A stretch of DNA of 63,048 nucleotides, counting the filler, from Octopus bimaculoides (Eukaryota): NCBI RefSeq assembly GCF_001194135.2. It is 3 parts of 3 records of this genome, joined end to end, with 100 filler letters (N's around TTAATTAATTAA, not from the genome) between each part and the next. Parts side by side here need not be neighbours in the genome. Positions count along the whole stretch, not along the records: positions 30,985 to 43,792 come from NC_068984.1; positions 43,893 to 63,048 come from NC_068988.1; 1 more part is not named here. The stretch is one strand, 5' to 3'. Made by a program: the position numbers and the translations under genes. The notes under the pieces are model-generated. The model did no database searches. It worked only from the letters and a program-made list of their open reading frames with translations, and had not been told where the DNA came from. Shown one piece after another: positions 40,497 to 52,486 of the stretch. Each line of letters opens with the position of its first letter. Position 1 is the stretch's first letter.

Positions 40497-41209
40497 NNNN
40501 NNNNNNNNNNNNNNNNNNNNNNNNNNNNNNNNNNNNNNNNNNNNNNNNNNNNNNNNNNNTTGTCTTTTATTATTAGTCACAATGAGGATATTTAAACCCT
40601 TTATAGGGATACTTTTTATCCAAGATACACTGGTTTAATATATTATACTTTAAAGAGATATTTCTTCAATGAATATATTATATAAAATATCGTAAAATAT
40701 CAAATAATATTTTCGAGTTAGAAAACAGAGAGATCTAATGGAAATAAATTAATTTATTAAATTAATCAACACATTCACTTACAATTGTCTCAATTCACAA
40801 ACAAAATTAAAATTACAAAACATATATAAATATATAATTTTGCATTTTAAATACCTTGTATAGAAAACCATCAGGGTATCCAAAGGACAATACACGGAAT
40901 ACTTTATGATCCGTTTGGAATACTCAGAAAATATAGACATGTTTATTATGTGTGTGTGTGCACATGCGTTAAAATTATTGCTTTTATTTTTAATTCAATA
41001 ATGATAATAATAATCTTGAATAATGGATTATAGTATATAAGAGTAAAGTAATACAATGAATAAAGGAAAGTAAAAGCGAAATAAAATTTATGTTCATGGA
41101 ATAAAATAAAATAAAAGTGAAACACTAAACCGGATATAACGTTTGGCATCCCTGACGTCTTAGAGGCAGTAAACGAAATTAAACACAATTCAGCAATAAG
41201 CCCTTATTG

Positions 41210-42784
41210 GTTCCCTGTTTGTATCCTGAAGGTTTGTCGAAACCAACTTGCATCTCCTCTTGCTAATCTGCGGAGGAACTCACTGGATGCTGGCTATATT
41301 CCTGAAAACTTTGCCCTAGTCTGTTGTCCAAGCTTTCAAAAAGCGAAGCAAGTTCCTTGCAGTGATCTACCGCCCGATCTCACTCACCTCTCATATCATC
41401 AAGGTATTTGAGAGGGTGGTGAGATCACGAATAACCCACTTTCTTGAAAGCAACAAACTGTTGAATCCCAACCAACATAGGTTCCGTAATGAAAAGAACC
41501 GCCTAACGCAGCTACGGCATCACTTTGATGACATTTCGAGGGATTTAGGAGAGGGCTCCTACACCGATGTCACCTATCTTGATTTCAGCAAGGCCTTTCA
41601 CAGAGTTGATCATAAGATTCTCTTGAAAAAAAAAATATCCAGCATTGGTGTCTCTGGAAAGTTACAACAATGGATCAAGTGTTTCCTGAGAGACAGAACC
41701 CAACACTTTGTAGTCGAAGGAGTAAAATCAAACCCAGCCATAGTCAGTGGTAGTGTTTCACAAGGCACTGTGTTGGACCCACTTCTTTTCATCATCTACA
41801 TTAATGGCATTACTGACATCATCAAGCACAGTAACATAAGATTCTTTGCAGATGGTTCCAAGATCCAGAAGGTCACCAATGAAGTGGGTGACCGGACATG
41901 CCTTCAGTCAGATTTATTGGCTGTCATTCAATGGGCTGAAAAGAGCAATATGCTGCTGAACGGGGACAAATTTGAGTTAATCCACTTCGGAAAAGGGGAT
42001 ACTCTGAAACTCCTATACTCTCTTCCCCCAGGTGAAACTCTCATGGCATCCAGTATCATCAGAGACTTGGGAGTGATTGTGGACAACAACATAAGCTGGG
42101 CCGCTCATATAAGCAACAAAGTTGGCATGGTCCGCAGAACGTGTTCCTGGACCTTCTGAACTTTGCAGGCGAGAGATATCCACACCATTATCCTTCACTT
42201 CTTCAATTTTGCCCGACCCCATCTTGAATACAGTTGTCCACTGTGGTCTCCCCACACAAAACAAAGTATCATGAAAGTTGAAGCGTCTCAAACTTCAATT
42301 AAGAAAAAGACAGATAGCATGATAGGCCTTGACTACTGGGGTCGACTAGAAAAGCTCAAGCTTAATTCTCTCCAATGTCGCCATGAGCGTAACATCATCG
42401 GCATGGTGTGGAAAACATTTCATAAGCATTGCTCAAATGATGTTGGCATCGCCTTTAAGATACACCCAAGGCTTGGGCCCCGTGCTATCCATCTACAACA
42501 TAAACCACTCTCGCATCGCATAACAACAGTACGACTCAATTATTTCACTTCAATCGGCCTCGCTCTTCTTAGCATTATGCCAAAACACATTAAAGCTGAA
42601 AGAGACTCCATAAAGTTCAAGAAATCCCGGATAACCTCCTACACCCGGATATGTCTCCGTAAACAATAACTCTCTGCTTGAGTGAGCCATGTCCGAATCC
42701 TGATCTGAATGACTTCTCCAGGTGGTGGTATTAAGTTAGACATGGCTTGGGCCAATACTGGCCGAAACCTATCAAAGTATCAAA

Positions 42785-42786
<2 letters not shown>
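41210..42786 (+). mobile_element. 5'-truncated CR1-like LINE (RT domain, 3' UTR, (TATCAAAG)2 tail), inactive
   Basis: YRPISLTS..LDFSKAFHRVDH..QGTVLDPLLF..FADG..RPHLEYSCPLWSP. ORFs 41362-42159 and 42163-42669 are in the same frame, separated by one TGA. The catalytic FADD has become FADG. Confidence 0.9.
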
Positions 42787-42842
<56 letters not shown>

Positions 42843-43792
42843 NNNNNNNNNNNNNNNNNNNNNNNNNNNNNNNNNNNNNNNNNNNNNNNNNNNNNNNNNN
42901 NNNNNNNNNNNNNNNNNNNNNNNNNNNNNNNNNNNNNNNNNNNNNNNNNNNNNNNNNNNNNNNNNNNNNNNNNNNNNNNNNNNNNNNNNNNNNNNNNNNN
43001 NNNNNNNNNNNNNNNNNNNNNNNNNNNNNNNNNNNNNNNNNNNNNNNNNNNNNNNNNNNNNNNNNNNNNNNNNNNNNNNNNNNNNNNNNNNNNNNNNNNN
43101 NNNNNNNNNNNNNNNNNNNNNNNNNNNNNNNNNNNNNNNNNNNNNNNNNNNNNNNNNNNNNNNNNNNNNNNNNNNNNNNNATATATATAATTGAGAGAAA
43201 AAAAACACAATTATTGAATTCATCCATGAAAATCCACAATCACATATAGAAAAAATTTATAAGTAAACACACTAAAAAGACCTATAATAAAAATCAAAAA
43301 CGTACAAAGAAATAAATATTAAACTAATTATTATCATAATTTATTATAATATATTATATATGATGCCTTTTACGTGCCACCGGAACGTGTGGCAGTCAGC
43401 GGTATTGGCATCGGCCACGCTCAAATGGTGTTTTATAGATGCCACCGGCACGGGTGCCAGTCAAGTGGCACTAGCATCGGCCATGGCAATGATTTCACTC
43501 GGTTCAACAGGTTTTCACAAGACCGGCATATCGCCCAGCAATTGAATGGTGCTTTTAAATGGGCCAGTTATGTGACACTGGCATCAGCCATGACTATGAT
43601 CTAACTTGGCTTGCCGACTCTTCTCAAGCACAACATTTCTCCAAAGGTCTCGGTCGCTTGTCATTGCCTCTGTGAGGCCCAACATTTGAAGGTCATGCTT
43701 CACCACCTCATCCCATGTTTTCCTGGGTATATTAGAGGAAAAAGGCCCAGTGAACTAAACCCCTCATATTCTTTATATATATATATATATAT

Positions 43793-43892
43793 NNNNNNNN
43801 NNNNNNNNNNNNNNNNNNNNNNNNNNNNNNNNNNNNTTAATTAATTAANNNNNNNNNNNNNNNNNNNNNNNNNNNNNNNNNNNNNNNNNNNN
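43793..43892. other. Synthetic scaffold join (44 N + TTAATTAATTAA + 44 N)
   Basis: Same construct as 30885-30984. Confidence 0.92.
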
Positions 43893-44084
43893 ATATATTT
43901 CCTTTCCTGAGCGTCCAATAATACTATCCATATCACGTCCTCACTTTGTTGTTTTTTTGTTTTTTTGTTATTGTGTTTTTGAACTATATATATATATATA
44001 TATACAGAGAGAGAGAGAAAGAGAGAGAATTCACGAAAAAACAACAGGCGAAGACAGGTGGTGTAAACAACAAATGGATGTAAG

Positions 44085-44470
44085 GAGTGGCTGTGTAGTA
44101 AGTAGCTTGCTTACCAACCACATGGTTCCGGGTTCAGTCCCACTGCGTGGCACCTTGGACAAGTGTCTTCTACTATAGCCTCGAGACGACCAAAGCCATG
44201 TGAGTGGATTTGGTAAACGGAAACTGAAAGGAGCCCGTCGTATATATGTATATGTATATATATGTGTGTGTTTGTGTGTCTGTGTTTGTCCCCCCAACAT
44301 CGCTTGACAACCGATGATGGTGTGTTTATGTTCCCGTAACATAGCGGTTCGGCAAAAGAGAACCTATAGAATAAGTACTAGGCTTACAAAGAATAAGTCC
44401 TGGGGTCGATTTGCTCGACTAAATGCGGTGATCCAGCATGGCCGCAGTCAAATGACTGAAACAAGTGAAG
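44085..44470 (+). mobile_element. SINE family 1 (tRNA-like head, CORE-like GGCACCTTGGNCAAGTGTC segment, central microsatellite); best-preserved copy
   Basis: Clear homologous copies at about 8240-8470(+), 13487-14040(-), 15706-16080(+), 19765-20365(-), 21178-21282(+), 26510-26900(+), 28655-28930(+), 36555-36860(-), 40350-40460(+) and 56115-56260(-). Confidence 0.85.
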
Positions 44471-44548
44471 AGATATATGTTGAATGACATTGTGTGTATA
44501 TGCATATATATGTGTGTGTATATATATATGTGTGTGTGTATATATATA

Positions 44549-44605
<57 letters not shown>

Positions 44606-44649
44606 GCGTGTATATATATATACGCATATATGTATCGCTGACCACTACA

Positions 44650-44812
44650 CACATTTTTTTCTCTCCTTGTTTCTTTTTGCGTTCCTTTCTGTAGAAGAGC
44701 GTAGGCTCGAAACGTTAAAGACATTCTCTATTCCCGAGTGTTATACTAATATATCCATTTGTTGTTTACACACCCGTCTTCGTCTGTTGTTTTTTCGTGA
44801 ATTCTCCCCTCC
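44650..44812 (+). repeat. Penelope-like terminal repeat fragment (GAAGAGCGTAGGCTCGAAACG motif)
   Basis: Homologous pieces at 32620-32715(+), 44020-44082(-) and 56827-56890(+). The Penelope assignment rests on motif resemblance only. Confidence 0.45.
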
Positions 44813-44915
44813 TCGCTTTACAAAGACAGGGATACTCCCGTTTTGCTGCCTGTTGCAAGATAGGGAGGGAGGGAGGTAGATAGGTAGATAGATAGATAGA
44901 GACAGCCAGACAGAC

Positions 44916-44971
<56 letters not shown>

Positions 44972-46473
44972 GTGCTTCTTAATACTTCGTTTTCGAAAGA
45001 GAATATACAGCTACTGTTATTAGAAGGTAAGTACAAGCAGAGCAACACAGTAGTTGATGTTGCTTTCCGTTCTTTTGTGGTCGATAAAATAAGTAGCAGT
45101 TGATGTATTCGACCGACCTCTTCTAAAATTTCAAGCCCTGTGTCTATAGTGGAAAGGATTATACTTGATAGACATCGTGGTGTTGGGACAGTAAACCTCT
45201 GAACGTCAGAAGAATACAGATGCATTTGGAGTTGACATGTAGCTCTTTACACACGAAGGCAGCTTATGAACATACGTTTATAATACGCCATTGGAGCAAT
45301 ATTTTAAACATTGAGAAACACTGAAAAATATAAAAAGAAATCCTTGTAAACTCTATGTAAAAGCCACAAAATACAAGAAATAATGCTTTTTATTGGAATG
45401 ATTTAAATTTCGGAAGATATTTTAGAAAAATGGAATGAGTAAGAATATGTATGTTGTACGTAATGACTAGTTTAGAAATCATAGATTTTCCCGACGATAT
45501 TTATATATACTGACCAGCCGAGCTCTCGCAGTCAACACCTGTTGCGACTATGCACAGCTGCTGATCAAAATAAACTTCGATTTGTTGATAAAAGCATTTT
45601 TTCTTTTCCTAGTGATGTGGCTTAGTACTTGTTCGATCCACGTAACAATTTAACGTGCTTAGTAAAATAACATTTACAGTAAAGAACTCAAAGCGGTCTG
45701 GTAAAATGTCCAGCACTTCATATACTCAGTCATTAGTCACGGTGAATCGTCTTGGACTTCAACTCTTATTATAAAGGAGCGTTTTATTTTAATCTTTTAC
45801 ACCAAAGACATTTATAAAATATTTCCATTTTGTAAAAGTGTGAGTAGTTCCTTTCTTTTACAAAACAGAGTAATTGGAATTTCTTAAAGGTAAATTACAT
45901 AATGTTTCTTGCTGTTTTCTTTTTTTCTCAGTAAAATATAATCTGTACAGTCAATTAAATTATCTTGGGTATTGTACGGGTACTTGTCCCGTCGATTCTG
46001 AGAAAGTGAAAATATGAAGAAAAAAAAAAAAAAAACCTTATTGGACGCGATGGAATTCGAACTCGGAAATAAGAGGTGTCAAAATAGATATCACAAGGTC
46101 TATCACCTGACTGTTTTAGCCTTTGCGTCACTTGTATCACCCTAGAAAATTGTATTAATGTGTAACATCCGCATTTTGTTTAGCCCCCAACATCAACAGC
46201 ATATCAAATTATGTGATTTTTATATAAACGTCGTTATGAAGTGTCAAGTCTTCGCGAAAGCGAACTCAAAATAATTCAAATTATCTAATTTTATATGTTG
46301 TTAACATTGTGAAAAAGTACCATCTAATTTGAAGCAGGAAGCTGCACTTCCTTCAAGTACCCCTGCTATCTAAAATCAGACCTTGACTTAGAATTTTTTT
46401 TTTTTCTATTTTTCTTTCCGCCACATAAATACGAAGCCACCATCCTATTTCCACTCTCTCTCTCCCTCTCCCT

Positions 46474-46506
<33 letters not shown>

Positions 46507-47038
46507 GTTTTCTCTGCCTCTCACCGTCTCTCTTTCTGTCTCTCTATCTATTTTTTTTGTTTCCTCCTCTTTCCTTTTCTCTCTTCTTTCTTTCTCACTG
46601 TTTTGAAAACAATACACAACGGCAGTTTATAAGTCTTGCTCGCAATTCTATTATAATTTTTCATAATATCTCGCAGAGATTATCTATTAATCTAACTCAA
46701 ATTACAACCTAAAAAACGTAAATAAACACTTTCTATTCTGAAAATCTGCGGCAAATAAAAATGTGTTTAATCGTCATCAAATGAAACGCCACCCTTGAAG
46801 TTTGTAGAAAAACCTTTGTTCTCGTCATTGAGCCATTCGAGTAGAGAGCAATGCCTTTACGTGACCGCTCGGCCTGCTAGAAATAGCAGTCTGATCTCCT
46901 TCAAATGACATCCTTGCCGTCTAAGAAAAGAACACTGTATAATGTGGTCCCGAAACCCAAAGACGGGATAGTCACGGCTGGATTATCTTTGGTCATAGGT
47001 CTACTCGATTAAAGCTGACCTGAACTTACACAACTAGA

Positions 47039-47039
<1 letters not shown>

Positions 47040-47075
<36 letters not shown>

Positions 47076-47700
47076 GGTGTCATCTGCTCTCTGCAGGTTC
47101 AATATCAAGAATCTCCATCCATTCGGTTAGTCAAAGATATATGATCTATCGCGGGTGCAATTATACACATGGTGGAGTCCCAATCCTTTTTACGAGGTTG
47201 ACCACGAGTCTGTATTCCATGAAGAGGGTGTCCTAGATGCGCCACACAGCTTGCTGCCACTGCCTTCTGAGCCATTGACCAAACTGAATTCTTCTGTCCC
47301 ATCTAACATTTCTATCTTCGTGCATTTAAGGGCCAACGTCCCCTGCACAGCAATCCTTCCTAGATTGCTGATGACCTCAAATTTCTTTTGCTCACCAGCC
47401 GAAGTGGGGTACGTTGCTGTCTGCCATTTCAGTCTTCGTACACTTAATGGTTGACGTACCCCGTACAGCGATCCTCCGACAAATTACGCTTACCCTCGAC
47501 TTAGTTTTGCTCCCTAGCAGAAGGGAGATGCCATGGTATGGCCACAGATATGCACTACCGACTTCTTGGAGCCCTAAGTGGGAGCTGTGTCGTAGTCGTA
47601 GACCAGTGCTCCAATCCGCGCCTGAGTATGCGCGGCTGACCAGTCTACAAAAGCACCATTCCTTATTACACCAAACTTCAATATTCTGTTTAAGCCAAAA
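47040..47700 (-). mobile_element. Degenerate LINE 3' end with (GAT)n tail
   Basis: AQKAV..RGQPRKKDWD on the minus strand, terminating in (CAT)n on the plus strand at 47040-47075. Confidence 0.45.
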
Positions 47701-48440
47701 TTATTTTTTATCGATTACTTTCAGTGTTGTTCAAATAAATAATAACAGATATATGATTGTGATGGGTTTTCCGTTGGCAGCGACGATGAATGAGCGTTGG
47801 TTTGTTCGACCAGTCGAATTTTTAGTAATTCTATGTAATTAAAGTATAAGTGGCTGAGTACTTCATTGATGTGTGTACCTATATCAGAGCGACACAATAC
47901 AGTGTGATCCAGAGAGGAGGAGGAGGAGGAGGAGGAGGAGGAGAAGAAGAAGAAGAAGAAGAAGAAGAAGAAGACTTCATTTCAGGATTGGACTCATACT
48001 ATATTTCCTGAACCGATCCCGAAAGGACAAAGGACAAAGTTCGCCTCTTTGTAGAATTTGAAGGAAGAGTAACGCAATCAGAATCGAACACAGCAAGACA
48101 CTCTACTCACCCTGCCCATACGTCGTCTAAGACATCTAACATTACTCGAGACAACCTGAGTCCTAATTCTCTTCTATTTTGTCTTTGTATTTATTCATAT
48201 CCGAAGGTCTAAGAGTACATATAGACTGAAATTAGCCAGATGGAAATGAAATTTCCTTTCTGAAACTTCCGGTGGCGGTGGACAGCAAGTTTAGCTAGAG
48301 CTACAGAGCTACAAAAATTAGTTTTCTACGACAGATTTGGTGGGCGTACAGAGCAATGTTATTTGTTTTTATTTTATATTTTCCAGTGTATCCTTTAATC
48401 ATACACAATACTAATGAAGTATATACATACATGCATGCAT

Positions 48441-48547
<107 letters not shown>

Positions 48548-48628
48548 GTAAATATATATATTATTTGTACATATTATATATATGCTATATATAAATATAT
48601 ATATTATTTGTACATATTATATATATGC

Positions 48629-48668
<40 letters not shown>

Positions 48669-50073
48669 TGGATATATGCATACATACACGAACACATACA
48701 AATAACAGTATAATATATACACACACATATGTATAGGTGTGTGTGTGTGTATGTATGTGTGTGGGGGGAGTATATGTTAGTTTCACCAATTTAGAGCCAA
48801 GCACAATACGATCTACGAGGGTGCTCTTTGATGCTCGTTGCAGGAAGCAAATTCTGGCATTTAGTTTTGCAGCCTCAGAATAGAATTTCAAGTAGCTGCG
48901 ATTATTATCAGTTTAAAATAGTATAGACATATATACACGCTATGATCCGTATAACTGGTCTATTGTGTTAAAAATAATATATGCATATTTAGGATCCATA
49001 TAAATGACTTCTTTTTGTTAATTGATGCACCAAATTAATTCCATCTGCGTTTTTATGTGTTGTGCACCAATTAAAAATGCAGCTAATTTATTTCATTATT
49101 TTATTTCCTGATGTTCCAACTAATTTAGGGCAATTATTTCCATCTGTGATAGTTTATATATTTGCTGTCTGTTTTGAAGTCAAAGAAGGTCAGCGTTGTC
49201 ATTCGGGTTTGTCTCCCCTTTTCTTTCTGTCTTTCAGTTATCAAGGTTCTGCGTCTAACGATGCAGAACCAACAAAAAGATAGTTTTAGAATCGTTATTA
49301 GTTTTACTTTTGACGTTTAGCTGGCAGAATCGTTAGAACACCGAGCAAAATGCAGTTGCTATGTTCTGAGTTCAAATTCCGCCGACTTTGCCTTTCATCC
49401 TTTCGGTGTCGATAAATGAAGTACCAATGAAACAATGGGACCAATGTAATCGACTATCCCCTCCCCTAAATTTCAGGCCTTGTGCCTACTGTAGATAGGA
49501 TGATTATTATTATTATTATTATTATTATCATTATTATTATTATTATTGAGTGAGAGAGCAGTGCATGCCATCAAAGTGACCCTGGGGTACAAACATATGA
49601 AGCCCAATATACCTATCATGATTACGCGTACGCGACATGGTGATCTTATATCAAGATAAACAGCACATGACCTTGCAGGTGGGGCTTAGTTAGAATTTTC
49701 TTCAGGTCGAGTAACCCATCCCACTCAAAAGGTCCCTGAATAAGGGTTGTTTAAGGATGATGCACGAAACACCCACGTTTCCAGAGGTGAATTATTCAAA
49801 CCCCCCAAAAATTCCTCTCAATACATGGCTATGATGCTCCCCCACTATTTCTGCTCGTGATCAGAGATGCACATATTGTCAGCCACTAAGCTCAGGGACA
49901 TGCTCAACTGGTTACGGTCAAACAACTGACAAGCAAATCTATGGTATTGAGCAGAATATTTGCTGTATTTGCCCATCTTTTATACCAAGACAAAACAATG
50001 TACATGATAATCAATTAAGATCAGAACCATGAGAGCGAGTGCCTGGTATTGCATCAGGGCATTTATTATTATG

Positions 50074-50111
<38 letters not shown>

Positions 50112-51181
50112 CAAGACAACAGGGCAGTGAGTTGGTAGAATCGTTACCATGCCGAACAAAATGCTTAGCGGTATTTCGTTCGTCTTTACCTTCTGAATTC
50201 AAATTCTACCAACATCAACTTTGCCTTTCGTTCTTTTCAGGTCGATAAAATAAGTACCTGTTATGCACTGGGGTCGATATAATTGACCAGCCTATGCTCC
50301 GCAAATCTCAGGCCTTGTATCTTTTGTAGACAGGATTATTATCAGGATGGCCAGAGTCGTTAACACATCGGACGAATTGCTTAGGGGAATTTCTTTCGGC
50401 TGTTTACGTGCTGCGTTCAAATTCCATCGAAGTCGACTTCTCCTTTCATCTTCTTGGGTTCGATAGAATAAGTACCGCCCAAGTACTGGGGTTGATGTAA
50501 TCGATTTACCCCCACCCCTCAAAATTGCTAGCCACGTACCAAAATCAGAAAGAATTATTGTTGCTCTGGTTGTTTACGTTATTGTTTTGTTGTTTTATTG
50601 TGCGCTGTTCTAAATCTTACTCAGACACTTCAAGTAACAGCAAGTTGGACATTTTACTCTGGATGTTGCTTGATATATAGTATGAGAAGGAGATCAGAAT
50701 TTGAGAACTAAGATTCTGTTGAATTTGGAATATTTCAGTTTTAAAATAATCAGATATTTTCAGGTCAACAATGTTTTTCTTAGGAAGTGGGTTGTATCCA
50801 TGAAAACTTTTTTTTGTTTTTTGTTTGTTCTGGTACCTTTGGCTTTCCTGGTTCTTGGCCACATCATACTATAATTACAATACGAAACTAGTACCTAATT
50901 GATCGACCCCGAAAGGATGAAAGGTAAAGTCGACCTTGGCGGAATTTTCTGAGTTCAAATTCCGCCAAGGTCGACTTTGCCTTTCATCCTTTCAGAGTCG
51001 ATAAATTAAGCACCAGTTGCGTACTGGGGTTGATCTGATCGACTGGCCCTCTTCCCAAAAGATTTCGGGCATTGTGCCTAGAGTAGAAAACAAAATTATT
51101 ATTATTGTTCTTGTTCTCGTTAGCATTCCTTTGTTTATGTATTTATTTATGTAATTATTTCTTTTTCAGCTATCGTAAGTG

Positions 51182-51568
51182 ATGGTCAATGCCGAAGAAG
51201 AAGAAAAACTCTGCCAAGATGAAAATAATTTAACCAGCGCTTATGATCTGCTCTCTTACGTTGGCATCGTCTTAGTTTTGATTGGTCTAATCTTCATTTC
51301 CTTAAGTTATGTGGTACCACGTGAATATATATTCGACATCAACAGAAAAGCCAGAGAGATGGAGGAGATCGAGAACGAGTACAGCGACCGACGGTTCATG
51401 CTGGATATTTTCGCAACAATCGGAGCCGCCTGTATTGGTCTGAGTGGGGTAATAGTATCTGTGATATTTACAAGACATATTTGCGCTGTAATGCATGAAG
51501 ACGATAGTCCTGATATTGAAAATGCCGACACTGGGCCACGCTTTTTGTACGGAGCTATCAAACATTAA
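51182..51568 (+). CDS. TMEM74: TMEM74/neurensin-family two-pass membrane protein (128 aa, single coding exon)
   Basis: Two hydrophobic helices (LLSYVGIVLVLIGLIFISLSYVV; IFATIGAACIGLSGVIVSVIF) flank a loop SYVVPRE..AREMEEIE that matches the TMEM74 signature (YxVPRE..AREMERLE). Strong acceptor tttttcag| at 51168-51169, in-frame upstream TAA at 51176, ATG at 51182, AATAAA near 51735. Family assignment is from memory and was not searched. Confidence 0.75.
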   Translation: MVNAEEEEKLCQDENNLTSAYDLLSYVGIVLVLIGLIFISLSYVVPREYIFDINRKAREMEEIENEYSDRRFMLDIFATIGAACIGLSGVIVSVIFTRHICAVMHEDDSPDIENADTGPRFLYGAIKH

Positions 51569-52074
51569 TTGGAACAAACGAAACTCTACAATTGTCTTAT
51601 GAGCCAAGCATCAACAAATGATGAAGAATGGCAGAAATGATGCAAGGCCGGATTTATGTCGATCAATTCCGTTCCTCTGTGTTTTCAGTTCGAATTCTTT
51701 TTAAGTTAAATTAGCCTTTCAGCCTTCCAAGATCAATAAAAAAATTATTTACCAGTCATATTCTAGGGTCGATTCAATCGACTACATCCATTCCTCGATA
51801 GTCGTGGCACCTGACAATCTGTTAATTGGAATTTCTTCCGTTCTCTTTGCGTTCTGAGTTCAAATACTGCCGAGATCAAATTTGTCTTTCCTCCTCCCGG
51901 GATCGATTAACTAAAGAACCAGATAAGTACTAGGCTTGTTATAATCCACTGACCCTTTTACCCCTAAAATAGCTGGCTTTGTGCCACAATTTGAACAATT
52001 ACAAACCAACTCAAAATGCAGTCGATGATAACTTGCTAATTACGTCGCATGTGTTGTTTGTTGCTTCTCGAACC

Positions 52075-52352
52075 ATGCCTAACTCATAAAGGCCGGTTTC
52101 CCGGTTTCTTTGTCGTATAGGTTCCCCACTTGGACGGGACGCCGGTCCGTTGCAGGGGAGCTGCTAGATGCAGGAGGAAAGCGCGAGAGAAAGTTGTGGC
52201 GAAAGAGTCAGCAGAGGTTCGCCACTGCCCTCTGCTGGAGCCGCGTGGAGCTTAGGTGTGTCGCTCGTAAACAGACACATCGCCCGGTCTGAATTCGAAC
52301 CTGCGATCTCTCGACCGCAAGTCCGCTGCTCTAACCACTAGGCCATGTACCT
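52075..52352 (-). mobile_element. SINE family 5 (tRNA-like head; CCCTGC..GGACCGGCGTCCCGTCC..GAAACCGGGAAACCGGCC central/3' domain)
   Basis: Homologous head and body at 35474-35680(+); related domain fragment at about 53185-53290. Confidence 0.75.
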
Positions 52353-52429
52353 CCACACGTCGCATGCTTTTACTAATTATTTTAGTATTACATGTAGACG
52401 CCTTTTCCGTCTCCCTATCTCTGATCCAG

Positions 52430-52486
52430 CTAAAAATCCAGGATGTGACAACTACAGAGAAGAACACTGCAACCAGCACTGGGATG
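52430..52486 (+). other. Candidate 57-nt internal exon of an unidentified gene
   Basis: ccttttccgtctccctatctctgatccag| ... ATG|gtaatt; two frames are open; length divisible by 3. Confidence 0.4.
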
